Assembly: GCA_046563655.1 (NCBI GenBank)
Contig: CM102284.1
Span: 8,742,001 to 8,806,000 of the forward strand
DNA: 64,000 bases
Direction of reading: 5' to 3'
Origin: Yuukianura sp. NJ FZ-2021
Lineage: Eukaryota
This document shows, piece after piece, positions 51,644 through 64,000 of the stretch. The translations under genes were made by a program, and so were the position numbers. The notes under the pieces were generated by a model. It had not been told where the DNA came from. It did no database searches and saw only the letters and a list, made by a program, of their open reading frames with translations. The first letter of the stretch is position 1, and the number at the start of each line of letters is the position of its first letter.

Positions 51644-54600
51644 TGCATCCAGACAACTGCACCCTCCACAAAACTAACCGTGCGAGACGCCCTTCAGACC
51701 ATCAAGGTTCGACGGAGGGAGTCAAACAATCGAATCCACTTAAAACAAAATCTGATTACAATTTAAGAAAAGTTGAAACTAAAAAGATTTCGAAATTCCT
51801 CCAGAACAACTTAGATCAAAATGTTTTTGGATTTTGAAATCTGCAGACTGAAATTGAGAATGTTGTGAGTTTTTGATATGAAGGATGCTGGAGATAAATG
51901 GCTGTTGGGATGAAGTGGAGTCTGGACTGACATGACAGCCCATTTAACACACGATACACGCCAACATTCACTTCACATCAAAGCATTAGTGCTTTTTATG
52001 AACAAAAAACACAAAAGATTTGAGTTTTGGCGGTGAAAGCGATGGACGAATCAGAAGAGAGAGAAGAAAGAAGAGAATCTTCCGCAGAGTTGAATTGATT
52101 TAATTGGAATTTTCTTCTGCAGAACAAAACTAATTTTATGAATTCCACTTTTGTTCTTCTTTGGAAAGTTCTGCGCTGGGTTTTGTTTTTTGAAACAAAA
52201 GAATCAACTCAAATTTTAAACTTTGAATTATGGTTTTGCATGAAAGGAAAAGTTTTTGAACTTTTGTTTACGAAAAGGAAAATTCTGTTTGGATTCGAAA
52301 GTTTTCCATTTCATTTCATTCTTCTGCTTTCTCTTTTCTCCAAAGTTAAGAAATTTGAAAAGCGAAGGTCATTGTGATTAACTTTTGAAAATTCCCTCAC
52401 TTTGGTTCGGTGGATTCGAATGGATTGTGGATTCGAATGGATTGTGGATTCGAATGGATTGTGGACTTTCTCTTTCTTCCTCCGATGGACTTTGTGTGGA
52501 ATTCAGAAGATGAAGAATGGAATGTTTTATTTCTTTTCTGGATTTTCCAAAACTTTTCTCTTTTCTGCTAACTTTTGCATCGAAAGTCCATAAATCCTTC
52601 TTTCCTTGTTTTCCAACTTTTCTGAACTTTGTTTGAACAACAATGGACACACAAACTAAATTTTCTTGCTCCCAAGCACCTTTTTCAAACAGAATGAATT
52701 TATGTTGCTTTCTTTAACTTTGTTCAGAAGAAAGTCCAACTTCCAGAACCAGTTTTTTGAAAAACGTCTGAGCAGTTTCGTTTTTTGAAGATTGAAATTG
52801 AGATACATTTTGAATGTTTAGTGTGTTTTTTGGATTCGGTTGATGGAGTGTCCTTCACTTGTGATTGTCATTGTTATGGTTGAATTAAGGAAGAATTGGA
52901 ATTGTGTCCATTGTGGGAAGACCATCCTGACACAATTCATTTTTCATTTGAATTCAAATGAAACAGTGTCCACTGTGACCTCTGGATGACCTTCCATTCC
53001 AAGTGACACTCTCTGTTGGTGGCCACTTTCATCTCTCCCGAAATCACCATTCTCACGATTCCAAAATTCCAGAAGGGAAATGCGTCTTTCCAAAAAAAAA
53101 AAAAAATATGAAATCAACTTCAAAAATGAACTGAAAATTTTTATGACGGTTGTACAACACCGAACTGGGAAAAACTACTTTCTCTTTTCCCAAGAATATT
53201 TTTGAAAATATTTTGTTGTTTTTTGTGTGAACGGAGGAATTTGAGGAATGCGTGGGAAAATCCGTGGGATTCTTTTGGTTTCTGCTGAGAGTTGAAGTGT
53301 TATTTTTGAGTTCCCTCCGAAGTCCCCCCTCCGAATGTTCTTTTGGGGGGTACTTAATTACGTAATCAGAATTAAGTGTCCAGAAAGAGTCCACTCAAGC
53401 AGAATGCACTTTCAACAGTCAAGTGGAACAAACGACCAGCATTTCCACGGTTCCTTTGCTCACTTCACCTTCCGATCTTCGTCTTTTTGCATTCGAAATC
53501 ACAACAGCCCTTCAAGGGCCCACTCCAAGACTTTTCAAATTCAAAAGTCTTTTGGAGGTTCAACTGGAAGTGAACAAGAGTTCCCATCGGAAGCAACGTC
53601 CAAATTTCATGGAGCTTTTGATTGTAAATTATGCTTGACCTTTGACCTTTTTCCACTTTTTTTAAAAAGTGTTTTGTGATTGGATTAAATTGTGGATTGT
53701 GTCAGACATAATCAAGGTGGATTGTGTTTAAATGAATAATCGTCCTTAAGGGCCTCTAAGTGTCCCTTGGCAGCAAAGCAGGTGGAAAATGGAATTAAGG
53801 TGACAGTCCCCTTCAGGTCAAACTGTCAACGATCTCTCCGGAGGTCAAAGGTCAACTATGTCAAGGTCACCATGTTCAGAACATGCTATCTTTTAACTTG
53901 GAGTAAAAATCGTTTAATTTGAATTTGGCTGTCTTGTGCTGTTTTCCGTGCTTGACGAGTGTATTGGTAATAAATCATTTCTTCCGTCTCCGCTCTCTGC
54001 GTGGAATTTGAGTGAAAGCGGAGAAAGTGCTTCCATTCTCTTCTTCTGCTCGTCGCTTGACAGGATGAAATGTCGCCAAATTCATATTTCAAATTTCCCC
54101 GCCTGACACTTTTCAATTTATTAAGGCTGTCTCCCGCCTAAACACTGGACGCACCGATTCTACCCGCTTTTCGGATTCTGCAAAATCATCCACTCACTTT
54201 CGTCACCCCTTCAAACTTACATCTTGTTCACTTCAAAAGTAAATGTTGAGTTTGCAGTCGATTTGCCGCTTTCTGTCGAATTCTGAGGAATGGAGTGTCG
54301 TTAGTTTTGTGTCAAGGGTCAAGGGACCCTTCGTCTGCATTTAAGTGACAGATTGGTCCACTTGACAAAACCGAATTTCGGTTTTGTAACAATTCCCGCC
54401 TTTCTCTCTGTGTCATCCGAATGTCCAATCAGAAGTGGAGATGAATTGTGAGCGGAGAGTGACATTCGTTGTGCTTTTGTTGTGACAGAGTGCATCTTTT
54501 CTTCCTAAAATCCAAAATGACTGAAATTTATGGATCCAATGAATGTTATTACATAAGTGATTTGGAGTTGAAGGGACGCAGGGCGTGGCTAAGGGCCCCC

Positions 54601-57600
54601 CTGGAAATCCATAAGTTCTGTTTTCTGTTTTGGGGAAACAGTTTCTCATAAAGTGGATTCAGTTTCAATTGAGTGGATCAACAATGAAACCAAACGCATT
54701 AGTCTCACACTCTTTTCTTTTCAATGCTTCCACCAACTGCACATTCATTTCAAACACATTTCCACTTTTTCAAAAAAAAAAGTTTCAAAATTTCAGTTTT
54801 GATTCCGAGCTAACTGCATTGTGGATTAAAGCCCTTGATGGAGTGTGTGAATGCCTGGGGCAGTTTCACACAGAATGCAGATGCAGTTGAAGATGCTTCT
54901 TTTGCATTTGAATTAAATCACACCTTTTCTTTTGATTCGAAAGAGAAAACAAAGGAGTCAAACGGACATTGCTTTCTTGTGTGGATCTAAGGGCCCTTGG
55001 AAGTACCCTTGAAGGTACCTGGGCCCTTTGACTCAAATTTTCTCATTAGAAGGAAAGTGTGAACTTTGGATTCTGATCCACGAAAGTAATTTCTGTGTGA
55101 ATTGTTTTCTTTGTCTCTGCATCTGGCGTGTGTTTTGTCGTGATTTGACCCACATGCTGTCTATTGTTTTCCATATGCTGTGTGTATTTCCCATTACACG
55201 ATGTGTTTAGTTTGAGGCGGGGCGGTGGGTGGTGGCTGCTTTGTTTCAGAGGTGGGATTGTCTTGGAAGTTGTGTGGAGAACAATGGCCCCTCGGAAGAT
55301 GGTTGTCTCAATTACTGGAGCAAAGGAAGAGGGGCACTTCAAGGGCCTCTCCAAACTTCCTTTCGAGTCAAAGTCCCCCCAAATGAAACTTTGAATTTCC
55401 CTCTCAAACTCCAATTGTGAGTCCAGTGGAAGTCTTTGTAATTAGAGGTGTGAAAAGTCCACTTAATTCTTAACTCCGCACAATCTCAGTCCAAAGTCTT
55501 TGAATTCCGCAAGAAAGCGGGAATTGTTGAATTGCGAGTTAATTAAAAGTGAACAAAAGTTAATTAAGCGAAACTTCAATTAACACCAATCTCCACCTCA
55601 TTCAGCTTCTGCTTTCTTTTCTCTCATTTTGCAAACTTATCAAACACTCGACATACTAACTTGGAATGACAGGTTGCATTTCAAGGTTGGAATTTTAAAA
55701 CACTTTTTCTAAAATTTCAAAATTGAAAGGTGAGTCTTTTTTTAAAAAAAAAGTTGCTCATATTTTGATTTGTGTTTTGGAATTTGGAGATTCGATTGAT
55801 TGTGTTTCCATTTGGATTTTCTTTTGTGGGGTCCATTAGCCTCTCTTTCAAATGTCCATCCAACATCCATTCTCTCCTAATGCATCTCTCTCGCATTGTT
55901 AACTCAACAAAGAGGTGGGGGATTCAGGTCGCAAGAGAAAAAACTCCCGGGTATTTTCAGTCTCAGTTTGAATTCACCCGGGAAAAAATTCAATTCAAAG
56001 TTCAACGGTTCCCACCGACTCCATTTTTAATTCTCAAAAAGTGAAAACTTTCTCCGAACTTTCTCCAATTTGTGCTGAAATTCTTTCAATGTTATTTAAA
56101 ATTTGAAACTCCCGCGTGAAATTTTGCAGATCGTGATTTGCAGTGTGTTTGAGTGTAATGCTGGTTGAAGTGAGGCGGAAGCTGCAGTTGTTCCCTCGTC
56201 TTTTGAATGGATTTGTGATCTCTCCTTCACAAAGGGCCTTTTCACCTCATGTGTCTCCGCTTTTGTTCCAAATTCAAAAGATTCTGCAGAGAATCACCTT
56301 TGAAGGGCCCCCTCCCTTGGATTTTTCAAAAATAAATAAGAGGGCCCTTTGTGTCCCACTGGGTCTTTGCCATTTAGCTTCGGTTCTTCATGTCAATTGT
56401 GCCAGTGAGGCTAATGCTGTAGTGTGTCCAGTCTTTGTAAGGGCCTCAATGGGCCCTTAAGGGACTTCAGTGTCCCAGAATGTGATCGTCCTTTGTCACG
56501 GGGAACAGAGCACCTTTGTCCAAAACAATTCAGCAAACATCACACTTCCATTCAAACTTCCTTCTAAATCCACCAGACAGCGTGACTCCACAACAAAATG
56601 GCGGGAACTTTCAAAATTTTGAATTTCGATGCGAATTCGGTGGAAATGGAAACTCGCGTGTAATTTTTTGTTGGTCCTTTGAGTGTCCATTTTGGAAATA
56701 CATGAGACTTGTTCTTTGTGTTGGATTCAAAAGCGTTGGCTACAGAGGGCTTAAATCAAATGACAAAAGACACAAATAACAAAGTTCCCTTAAGGGTCCC
56801 TTTGAAAATGGGGTTTAAGGGGTCCTTTGAATCCTAATTTTATTAAACATAATTTAGACTCTTCAAAAGATCCACTTTTTTGCTTTTGTTGTTCCATCCA
56901 AGTGGAATTTCTAAGCTTATTTTTCCCTCTGTGGATTAACTCACCTGGAACAAACTCAACATTCTTGTTCTGTTTTTTAAAAATATACTTTGTGTAATTC
57001 TAAATCTCTTGTGGTTAATCTTGTATTTTGTTTCAAGTGGATCGAGATGTGATTGGAGCATGTGATTTGAGTGTTTAATTCGAGTGTGGATTGTGGATTA
57101 TGGATTGTCTTTTGTTGCCATTCCACTGGAATTGTGGATTCCGTTGGTTGATGGAGGGCCCTTGATCCACAATCCTTTGGCAACTGAATCCAATCTCCCT
57201 CTGATCAAATTCCTCTTGAAATTGGACACAATCAGCCTCAGTTTCGTTTAAATCACTCCAATCTGTCAAAATCTCTCTTCAGTTGAACCAATTCATGGCA
57301 ATCATAACTCGAAATCGGTGAAAACATAAATTGAAATATAAAATATTTCAAACTTGAGTTAATAGTTGAATATTTGAAATGGATTCCTTGAGTTAAATCT
57401 GAATGTTACGTTATTTTAATTTGCTGAGGTCAACAGTTGACCTCTTCAGCAGATGATTTCTGCATAAGCTAGCTTCAGTCGAAGCAATTCTTGTCCATCC
57501 TGATTCCAAATCGGTGAAAACATAAAATAAAACTTGTAATATATGAACCTTGAAAATGGAGATTAGCATTTTCAAAGTTGGTTTCAAATTTTCAAGTTGG

Positions 57601-60600
57601 TTAAAGTTTGAGTGCTAAGTTGGTTGACATTGCTAATGTCAACAGTTGAACTTTGACCTCTTCAGCAGATGATCTCTGCATAAGCTTCTTGTAATGGATT
57701 TCATTGTTGCTTTTCTGCCTTTCTCGCTTTAACAAAGTTAAGAATGGAAGAATGAATTCAAAAGAACAAGAGAAGGATCACAAAATTTCAACAAAAGCCA
57801 TTTTCAAAAAAGAGGGAAATTGAAATTTTGAAACATTTGTGTCGTTTTGGAGGAATCGATTGAAAAAGAGTTTTGTTTTTTGGAATGAAGTGAAGATGTG
57901 TTTTTGATTGGTGAGAAGAATGGAGAGAGACAAAGATGTTGAACAAAAGGGAGGGGGTTTGTGAGGGGCGTTTTTGTGCAGATCTTGGTTTGGATGCTGC
58001 GATGGACCAAACTGCGGTGGGTTTTGGTGGAGATCGGCCGAGGGAGGCCCCACCCCTTCCCACTCCCTCCCAACTCCAAAGCCACTCTGCTTCAGTCATC
58101 GTCCAGCCACCACCAAGTCAACTACTCATAGTTTGTTCAAACAAACTCTGTTCAAACAGAAGTGTTAAAAACAGTAGTTTCCGAGTGACAATTGAGCAAT
58201 TGGTGCAGTTGTCTAAACTTTCTTTTCAAATTTTGAAATTCCTTTGAATTTCGTGAGAACAGAGTCGTGCAAAACCAGTTTTTTGGGTGAAGTGGCTTCT
58301 TGTGAGGATCAAATCCACTTAAGCGGCAAGTCATTTTAATTCCTTTTGAATTCTAATTTATGAAAACATTTGTCACTGTCCGAACTTTTTTGAACCGTGG
58401 GAACGAAAGGCAGGTTTAAATTTTGAATCTCTCAAAATCTGAAACTCCACTTTTCAGATTCCTGTTTAAATTCTTCCATTTCCAACCAAGTTTAAAGTTG
58501 AGATGAAATTGCAGTTTTCGGTGGAAAGTAGAGCAGTTATTTCTGGAATGTGAAAAGAGTTCTGTTCTTTTGTGAATCAATTGACACTTGAGATTCAATT
58601 AGTTTTGAAAGTGGACAAACACTCGACTGGAGAAAAGTGGAAGGAGAGTTGGACGCTGTTTTCAGCGATTTGATTTCAGCGATCTATTTGTTCAAACAAA
58701 GTGAATAACAACTCAATTTCTATTAATTTCAAACAATAGATTCACATGCGTAATTCAAGAAACCTCGGAATCGGAGCCACCCTCACGCAAATCAAAAATT
58801 AACACTTCCCCCTCCATCCCCCGGGAATTTTCAAATTCATTTCATCCGAAATCAAAAGATTTAAATTCAACCGCCGAATTTCAAATTCCTTCAAAAGATG
58901 AACGAAGAAGGACTAAACTACAATTCCCACCACCGTCTGAGCCACCACGAACTGAGTCAGCGACTGTCGCATGCGCATTTGGGCGGAAGTGGGGCCAGTG
59001 GTGGGGCAGGACTCATGTCACTTGCATCTCAAGCATTCCCAGCATCAGCGTCCCACTTGATGTCCCACCATCTCAACTCCATGAGCCACCACCACCATTC
59101 TCTGCACAGCAACAGTGGTGGGGCAGTTCATCTGACTCCTCCATCCACCTCTTCCTCTGGCTCTTCGTGTGCTATGAGTCCTGGTGGGTCGGTGGGGCCG
59201 AAGAAGGTGGGGCGGGAGGTGGTGGGTTCGTTGGTGGGTGGGGACGACCACATCAAGCGTCCGATGAATGCGTTCATGGTGTGGTCTCGCATGCAGCGGC
59301 GCAAGATTGCGCAGGAGAATCCGAAGATGCACAATTCAGAGATCAGCAAGCGCCTGGGTGCGGAGTGGAAGTTGCTTTCGGAGGACGAGAAGAGGCCCTT
59401 CATCGACGAAGCGAAGCGCTTAAGGGCCCAGCACATGAAGGACCATCCAGACTACAAGTACCGACCACGCAGGAAGCCCAAGACCCTTAAGAAGGAGGGG
59501 TACCCTTACTCATTCCCGTACCCTTCAGTACCCATGGACGCTCTCAGAGGTACTTTTTTACTTTTAATTTCAGTCACACCTTTGCAACTATTTCTGTCTT
59601 TTCGCAGTCCTGCAATGTACTTTGTGTTTTTATTTTTGTGTGTAAATTGTTGTACTTTTGCTCAGTGGGGTTTTGGTTTTTTAAACTGCGAGGGTCCTTC
59701 GCTTCCTTTGACTTTCTGTTGGAATTTCCTCTGTGGAGATTCAGAGGGGCCCTTAAGTCCCCTTCTTCCTTGAATCTTTGGATTTCTAGCCAGCGTGGCT
59801 CCTCTCTCTCTGGAATTCTTTGCTTCTGAATTCAAGTGCATTCCAATTCTATACAAAGTCAATGCACAGAGAAAACTGGTTGAATTAGACACGCTTGAAA
59901 CCAAACTCAAATATTTACGTGGTTTCTTTTGTGTTTCTTGCAAACAGAAATTGCGAAAAAATGAGAATTTCCAAAACGCATAGTTTACAGTACTTAGTAG
60001 ATGAAACTATTTTTTGAAATTATGATTTTTTTTTGTTCTGTTTCCCAACTGTTTTCAACCCTCCGCATCCTTGTCATTGCTTGAAATGTTCAATTGTTGT
60101 TTGAATGTTTAAATTTCTGTTGATCTGCATGTGAATTGTGTTTCTGGTTTTACACATGTAAGTTTCAAGTTGTTTTTGGAATTGTCAATTTTTGTGCCAC
60201 AAAAGAATGACGACAAAGTTTGTTCCTGGCAGATTCTGAATCTAATTTATGAAAAAGTGATACATTCCTCCTTTCTAAACTGAAACACTTTGGGAATATT
60301 CATAAGAGGTTTCGGCGGAAGGGGGGCATTGTCATGTCCATTGTCATTCCATGTCAACTTCTGGCCATAATGATCCAGTGCCCAAAGTCTCTTTTGTGTC
60401 ATTCACAATTGGATTGATGGGTCCAGCTAAAAAGATCTCTGCGTGGAGATAGTCAATTGAATGCCAAATTCAATTATTTTGAATCTCCCTCTACTTGGAT
60501 CTCCATTCAACATTTAACACACGAGTGTCTAGAGATGAGTCCACCACTTCCACAATTCAATGTCAACCGAATCCGTGTCACTCGACCTCCCATTCCAACA

Positions 60601-63600
60601 CTAAAATCAAAATTTGAATTTTTGAACTTTGGAATACTTTGGAGTTATTTTTGAATTTTGGCGGGTGAAGATGGAGGGGGTGAAATCTTTTGATCTTGAA
60701 TTGAATCTTGTGATTTTGAATTGAATTGAAGGGGGAATTCCATTTGTGGGTGATTGATGGCCAATCGTCGTGTTGTGTCCAATTCTTTCAATTAAACACA
60801 ATTCCTCCCTCCCTCAATCTTTTGTTCAAATCTTCTTTTTTTAGATTTTCTCAAATGCATTTGGGCCAAAGGTGTTCCCACGAGATCTTTCGCACAACCA
60901 AAAAAAAACTTTCGTCATTTCTGCAAGCTTTAATTCTCGTGATGCATTTTTTAGCTTCTCTTTTTCGACATGAAATTTTCGAATGTTGATTTTGAGAGTG
61001 GAGAGAAATGACGTTTGAATTGACGTGGGTTGTTGCGATGACTTTGCACTTTTTCTGATCAGGAGATTAAAAATTGTCAAGTTGATTTTTAAATTGGCGG
61101 AAGTGAGAATTGAAATTTCGAAAGTGGCCAAGGGCCCTCTGCGTCCCTTCGTTTCATGCTTTTTGAAGTGGATTGTAATAAATCATCCACTTTGTCACTG
61201 GATTCTATCATTTCCAAAATGATCTTCAAAGCATCTTTGTTTTCTTGGTCTGAGAAAACAATGACTTTGTTTTGAGTGTGATTTGGCTGTTTTTCTTGAA
61301 GGTGACGACAGTTGTGACCCAAAGTGAAAATGTTCAAAGCTTTTTCGGAGCAACAGAAGTGTTTCCGTTTGTCTCAATTTCTTCTGTGTTGTAAAACAAT
61401 AAAATTCTCTTTTGTCTTTTTATTGTTTTCTTCAATTGAGGACAAAACAATTTGGAAGCACCGTTCATTTACAGCTTCCTTTCGAACAAGGTGCATTCGG
61501 AACATAAACTTTCTTCAAAATCAAAAACTGAAGTTTTGAAATTCATTTTTCGAAATTGGCAGGATTTCTGTCAAATTCAAGATTTGAATCGATTTGTCAT
61601 GTTGCATGTCGTTTGTCGTAAATCGAAAGTTGGCCCTGGGCATTTCACCTGCAAATTCTGCATTTCCTTTGCTATTTTTACTCTTCTCAGAAGCAGCTTA
61701 ATTTTCCAAGGGCCCTTGACACTTACGTCCCCCTCGAGAGTCCCTTGGAATGCAGAAGCCAAGGGTTCAGTTGGTTCCTTGGCTAATGGACACATCAAGA
61801 CTCCGTCCATAACAATTCTACTGGACAGATCACTTTATGTCCAACACAAAAGTCAAAGAAACCGACCAGACATTGAGAGAAACACGGAGCATTTGAGTCA
61901 CTTCTTGCAGAGAACAACTTTTCAAAAGTTGTTTCAACTTGGAATTTTTTTTGAAATTCTGAACAAGTTTCCACGTGGAATTGGGCACCACGCAGTCTAG
62001 ACTGCACAAGCAACATTCCTCACCAGCCATTTCGTGGAACTGCTCAAACTTTCATTTTTTGGGAATGTGAACTTTCAAAATTGAAAAAGATGACACTTAT
62101 TTTTAAATTTTGAAAACCTTAATTTCGTGTGTAGTGTGAATGTTGGATTTCTTTGTCTCTTTTGTTTGAATTTTCCCCGTAAGAAAAAGCAGTTGCTCAG
62201 TCATTCTTTGATTCTCCCTTCAAAAGTCGCTTGTTCAAATGACACTTTTTTAGAATTTCAAACAGAGGAGGATTTGGATTTAAAGTGAAAGGGTTCTGGA
62301 GTGGACGTTGACATGAGTTGTCGCAGGTTGAGCCATGTCATGGACTTGTCCATTGTCACTTCCACACAAAAACCTTGGCCACATTCGGAGTCTTTCAGCG
62401 GAGCAGCGGGAGACGCCGTTTGGCCACAAAAGTTCAACCACAAAACCAACTTCACTTTCACCTGCTTTCTCCAACTTCTCAATTCCATTTTGCAGTTTTC
62501 GAAATTTTGAATCTGCAGTTTGAATTCCGGAGTTGAATTTGAGATTTGCAGAGACTCGTCATAGTCCATTGTTGTTTTGTGAATAGAACAATGTGGAACT
62601 GTCTTCCTATCGTGTAATGAGTTCTTTTGTGTGGAAGTGTGAAGGGGGTTTGTTTGTTAGAGTAATCACTGTCATTACTTTCTTCTGGATTCATCTAATT
62701 GCACGTCAAGGAGACTTAAGGGCCCAGTAGACTTAAGGACCAAAAATCCAAAGTCTTTACACAATTGACAACAAAAGAAATCTCATTCTCACCTTCCTTT
62801 CAGATGTCAATTCTCAACTCTTTTTCAACAATCGACGCAACAATCCAAAACAAAACTCAAATTCCATTGCACAACCCACAATTTCCTCTTTTTAAATTTG
62901 AGACTTCCTGTTTCAAAATATCCATTTTTTCATAATTTTGAAATTTGAATTTCAGCGGGTCTGCCTGCTGCTCAGATGAGTTACTACAACAGTGCTTACA
63001 ACTCTAGTTTTGGGTCTCCGCAAGTCGTTTCTTCAATGCAGGATGCGATGAAGGCCTACTCCAGCGGAATGGACGACAAGTACAGATACTCAGCAGCACT
63101 CGGAAGTATGTACTCTTCCGAAGCAGTCGCCGCTGCAGCGGCTGCTGCCAAGTACATGCAGGAGGCAGCGGGCAAGTCTTATTTGGACACACCCACCTCC
63201 AGATACTTTGACTCCACCAGCCCCACCAAACCATTCTCGGGTGAGTCCCACTAAGCCCCACCAAACCCACCAAATGAACGCTGTTTCTCTCTTTCCAGTT
63301 TCCACTCTTGTTTCTTTTGTTAAAATGTTGAATTGATGAATTAACGAGATTCACCACAACCACCGTTTCACTCAACACTTGTGTTTGTTCTCTTTTCAAT
63401 TGACTATTTGTTAATTCAACAATAAAATATAAAACTATAAATTATTGTTGAATTGTCGAATGTTTAACTCACAGTTGAACCACAAAGGAAACATTTTGCA
63501 GTTTCAAATTCGGTTTTAGTAATTTTGACTTTGTTTGTTGTAGGGTCGACGCCCACCTCAAGCGAGCGTTATGAAGTTGGAGGGAGCAAATCTGAATCTG

Positions 63601-63989
63601 AGTCTCCGAAGAGCAGTTTGCATGAGGATTCCATGGGTGGGACTCCTGAGTTGCCCCACGGGGTGGCTTCCAAAGGCCAGCAGTTGAGTCATCGTGGGAC
63701 GCCGGAGGATCAAGTGGGGCTGTTGTCCGGTGGGACTCCAATGACTTCTGCCGGTGGTTTTCCGCCCCACTTCTCGTCCTTGGCCAGTTACTACTCTCAG
63801 TTGAACCACGTTGGTGGGTTGTCCGGTGGGACTGGCCCCACCTTGGCCCACATCTCTCAGTACTCCCACCCTCCCCTGCCAGGCAGTGCACAGAGCCCTT
63901 ATGGGCCCCTTCACCCCACACCCGCTGCCCAGCCACCCACCGCCCCCTCATCGTCTAACGACTTTCGAAGGGCCCTGCCTGTAATATTT
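51644..63989. repeat. Right arm of the giant inverted repeat (about 12.3 kb)
   Basis: Reverse complement of 29121-44925 without the Harbinger and with an extra ~215 bp at about 57470-57685. Confidence 0.97.
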
Positions 63990-63992
63990 TGA
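58898..63992 (+). CDS. Sox21b: SoxB HMG-box transcription factor, Sox21b/Dichaete-like, copy B (exons 58898-59549, 62956-63240, 63544-63992; 461 aa)
   Basis: Same exon lengths as copy A, intact splice sites, identical HMG box, three amino-acid differences found (T/A, A/S, P/S); stop TGA. Confidence 0.9.
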
Positions 63993-64000
63993 AAAACGAA

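Noticed and set aside
58092-58097. TCAGTC initiator as the Sox transcription start
   Set aside because: A 6-mer without TATA or DPE support is insufficient.
63241-63254. Premature stop in Sox copy B (ORF ends at 92 aa versus 115 aa)
   Set aside because: The TAA lies in intron 2, after the GTGAGT donor at 63241.

Overview
Eukaryotic, most likely arthropod DNA (60-90 nt GT-AG introns, TTAGG tracts; a springtail-like hexapod is a guess). It has two very different halves. 1-21.7 kb is gene-dense: a GH20 beta-hexosaminidase, an unknown coiled-coil gene preceded by an RFX X-box, a trypsin-like protease, three tandem SERHL/kraken-like hydrolases, OHCU decarboxylase, a citron-like coiled-coil gene and an HMMR/RHAMM homologue with a 2.6-kb repeat exon. 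Several non-autonomous DNA transposons with readable TIRs and TSDs lie in and just after this part. 29.1-64 kb is one ~35-kb palindrome: two near-identical ~12-kb arms each carry a complete 3-exon, 461-aa Sox21b/Dichaete-like gene, head to head. Arm identity drops abruptly at the stop codons and at a tiny MITE on the inner side. Inward of that MITE only decayed homology and one ~165-bp conserved element remain, which suggests an old inverted duplication kept homogeneous by arm-to-arm gene conversion. An apparently intact two-gene PIF/Harbinger transposon sits 1.3 kb upstream of one Sox copy only. Each half also has its own over-represented motif: AGGTCAAAGGTCA near exon edges in the first, CCCTTAAGGG/AAGGGCCCTT palindromes in the second. 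Exon structures and similarities were read by eye; no alignments or database searches were run.
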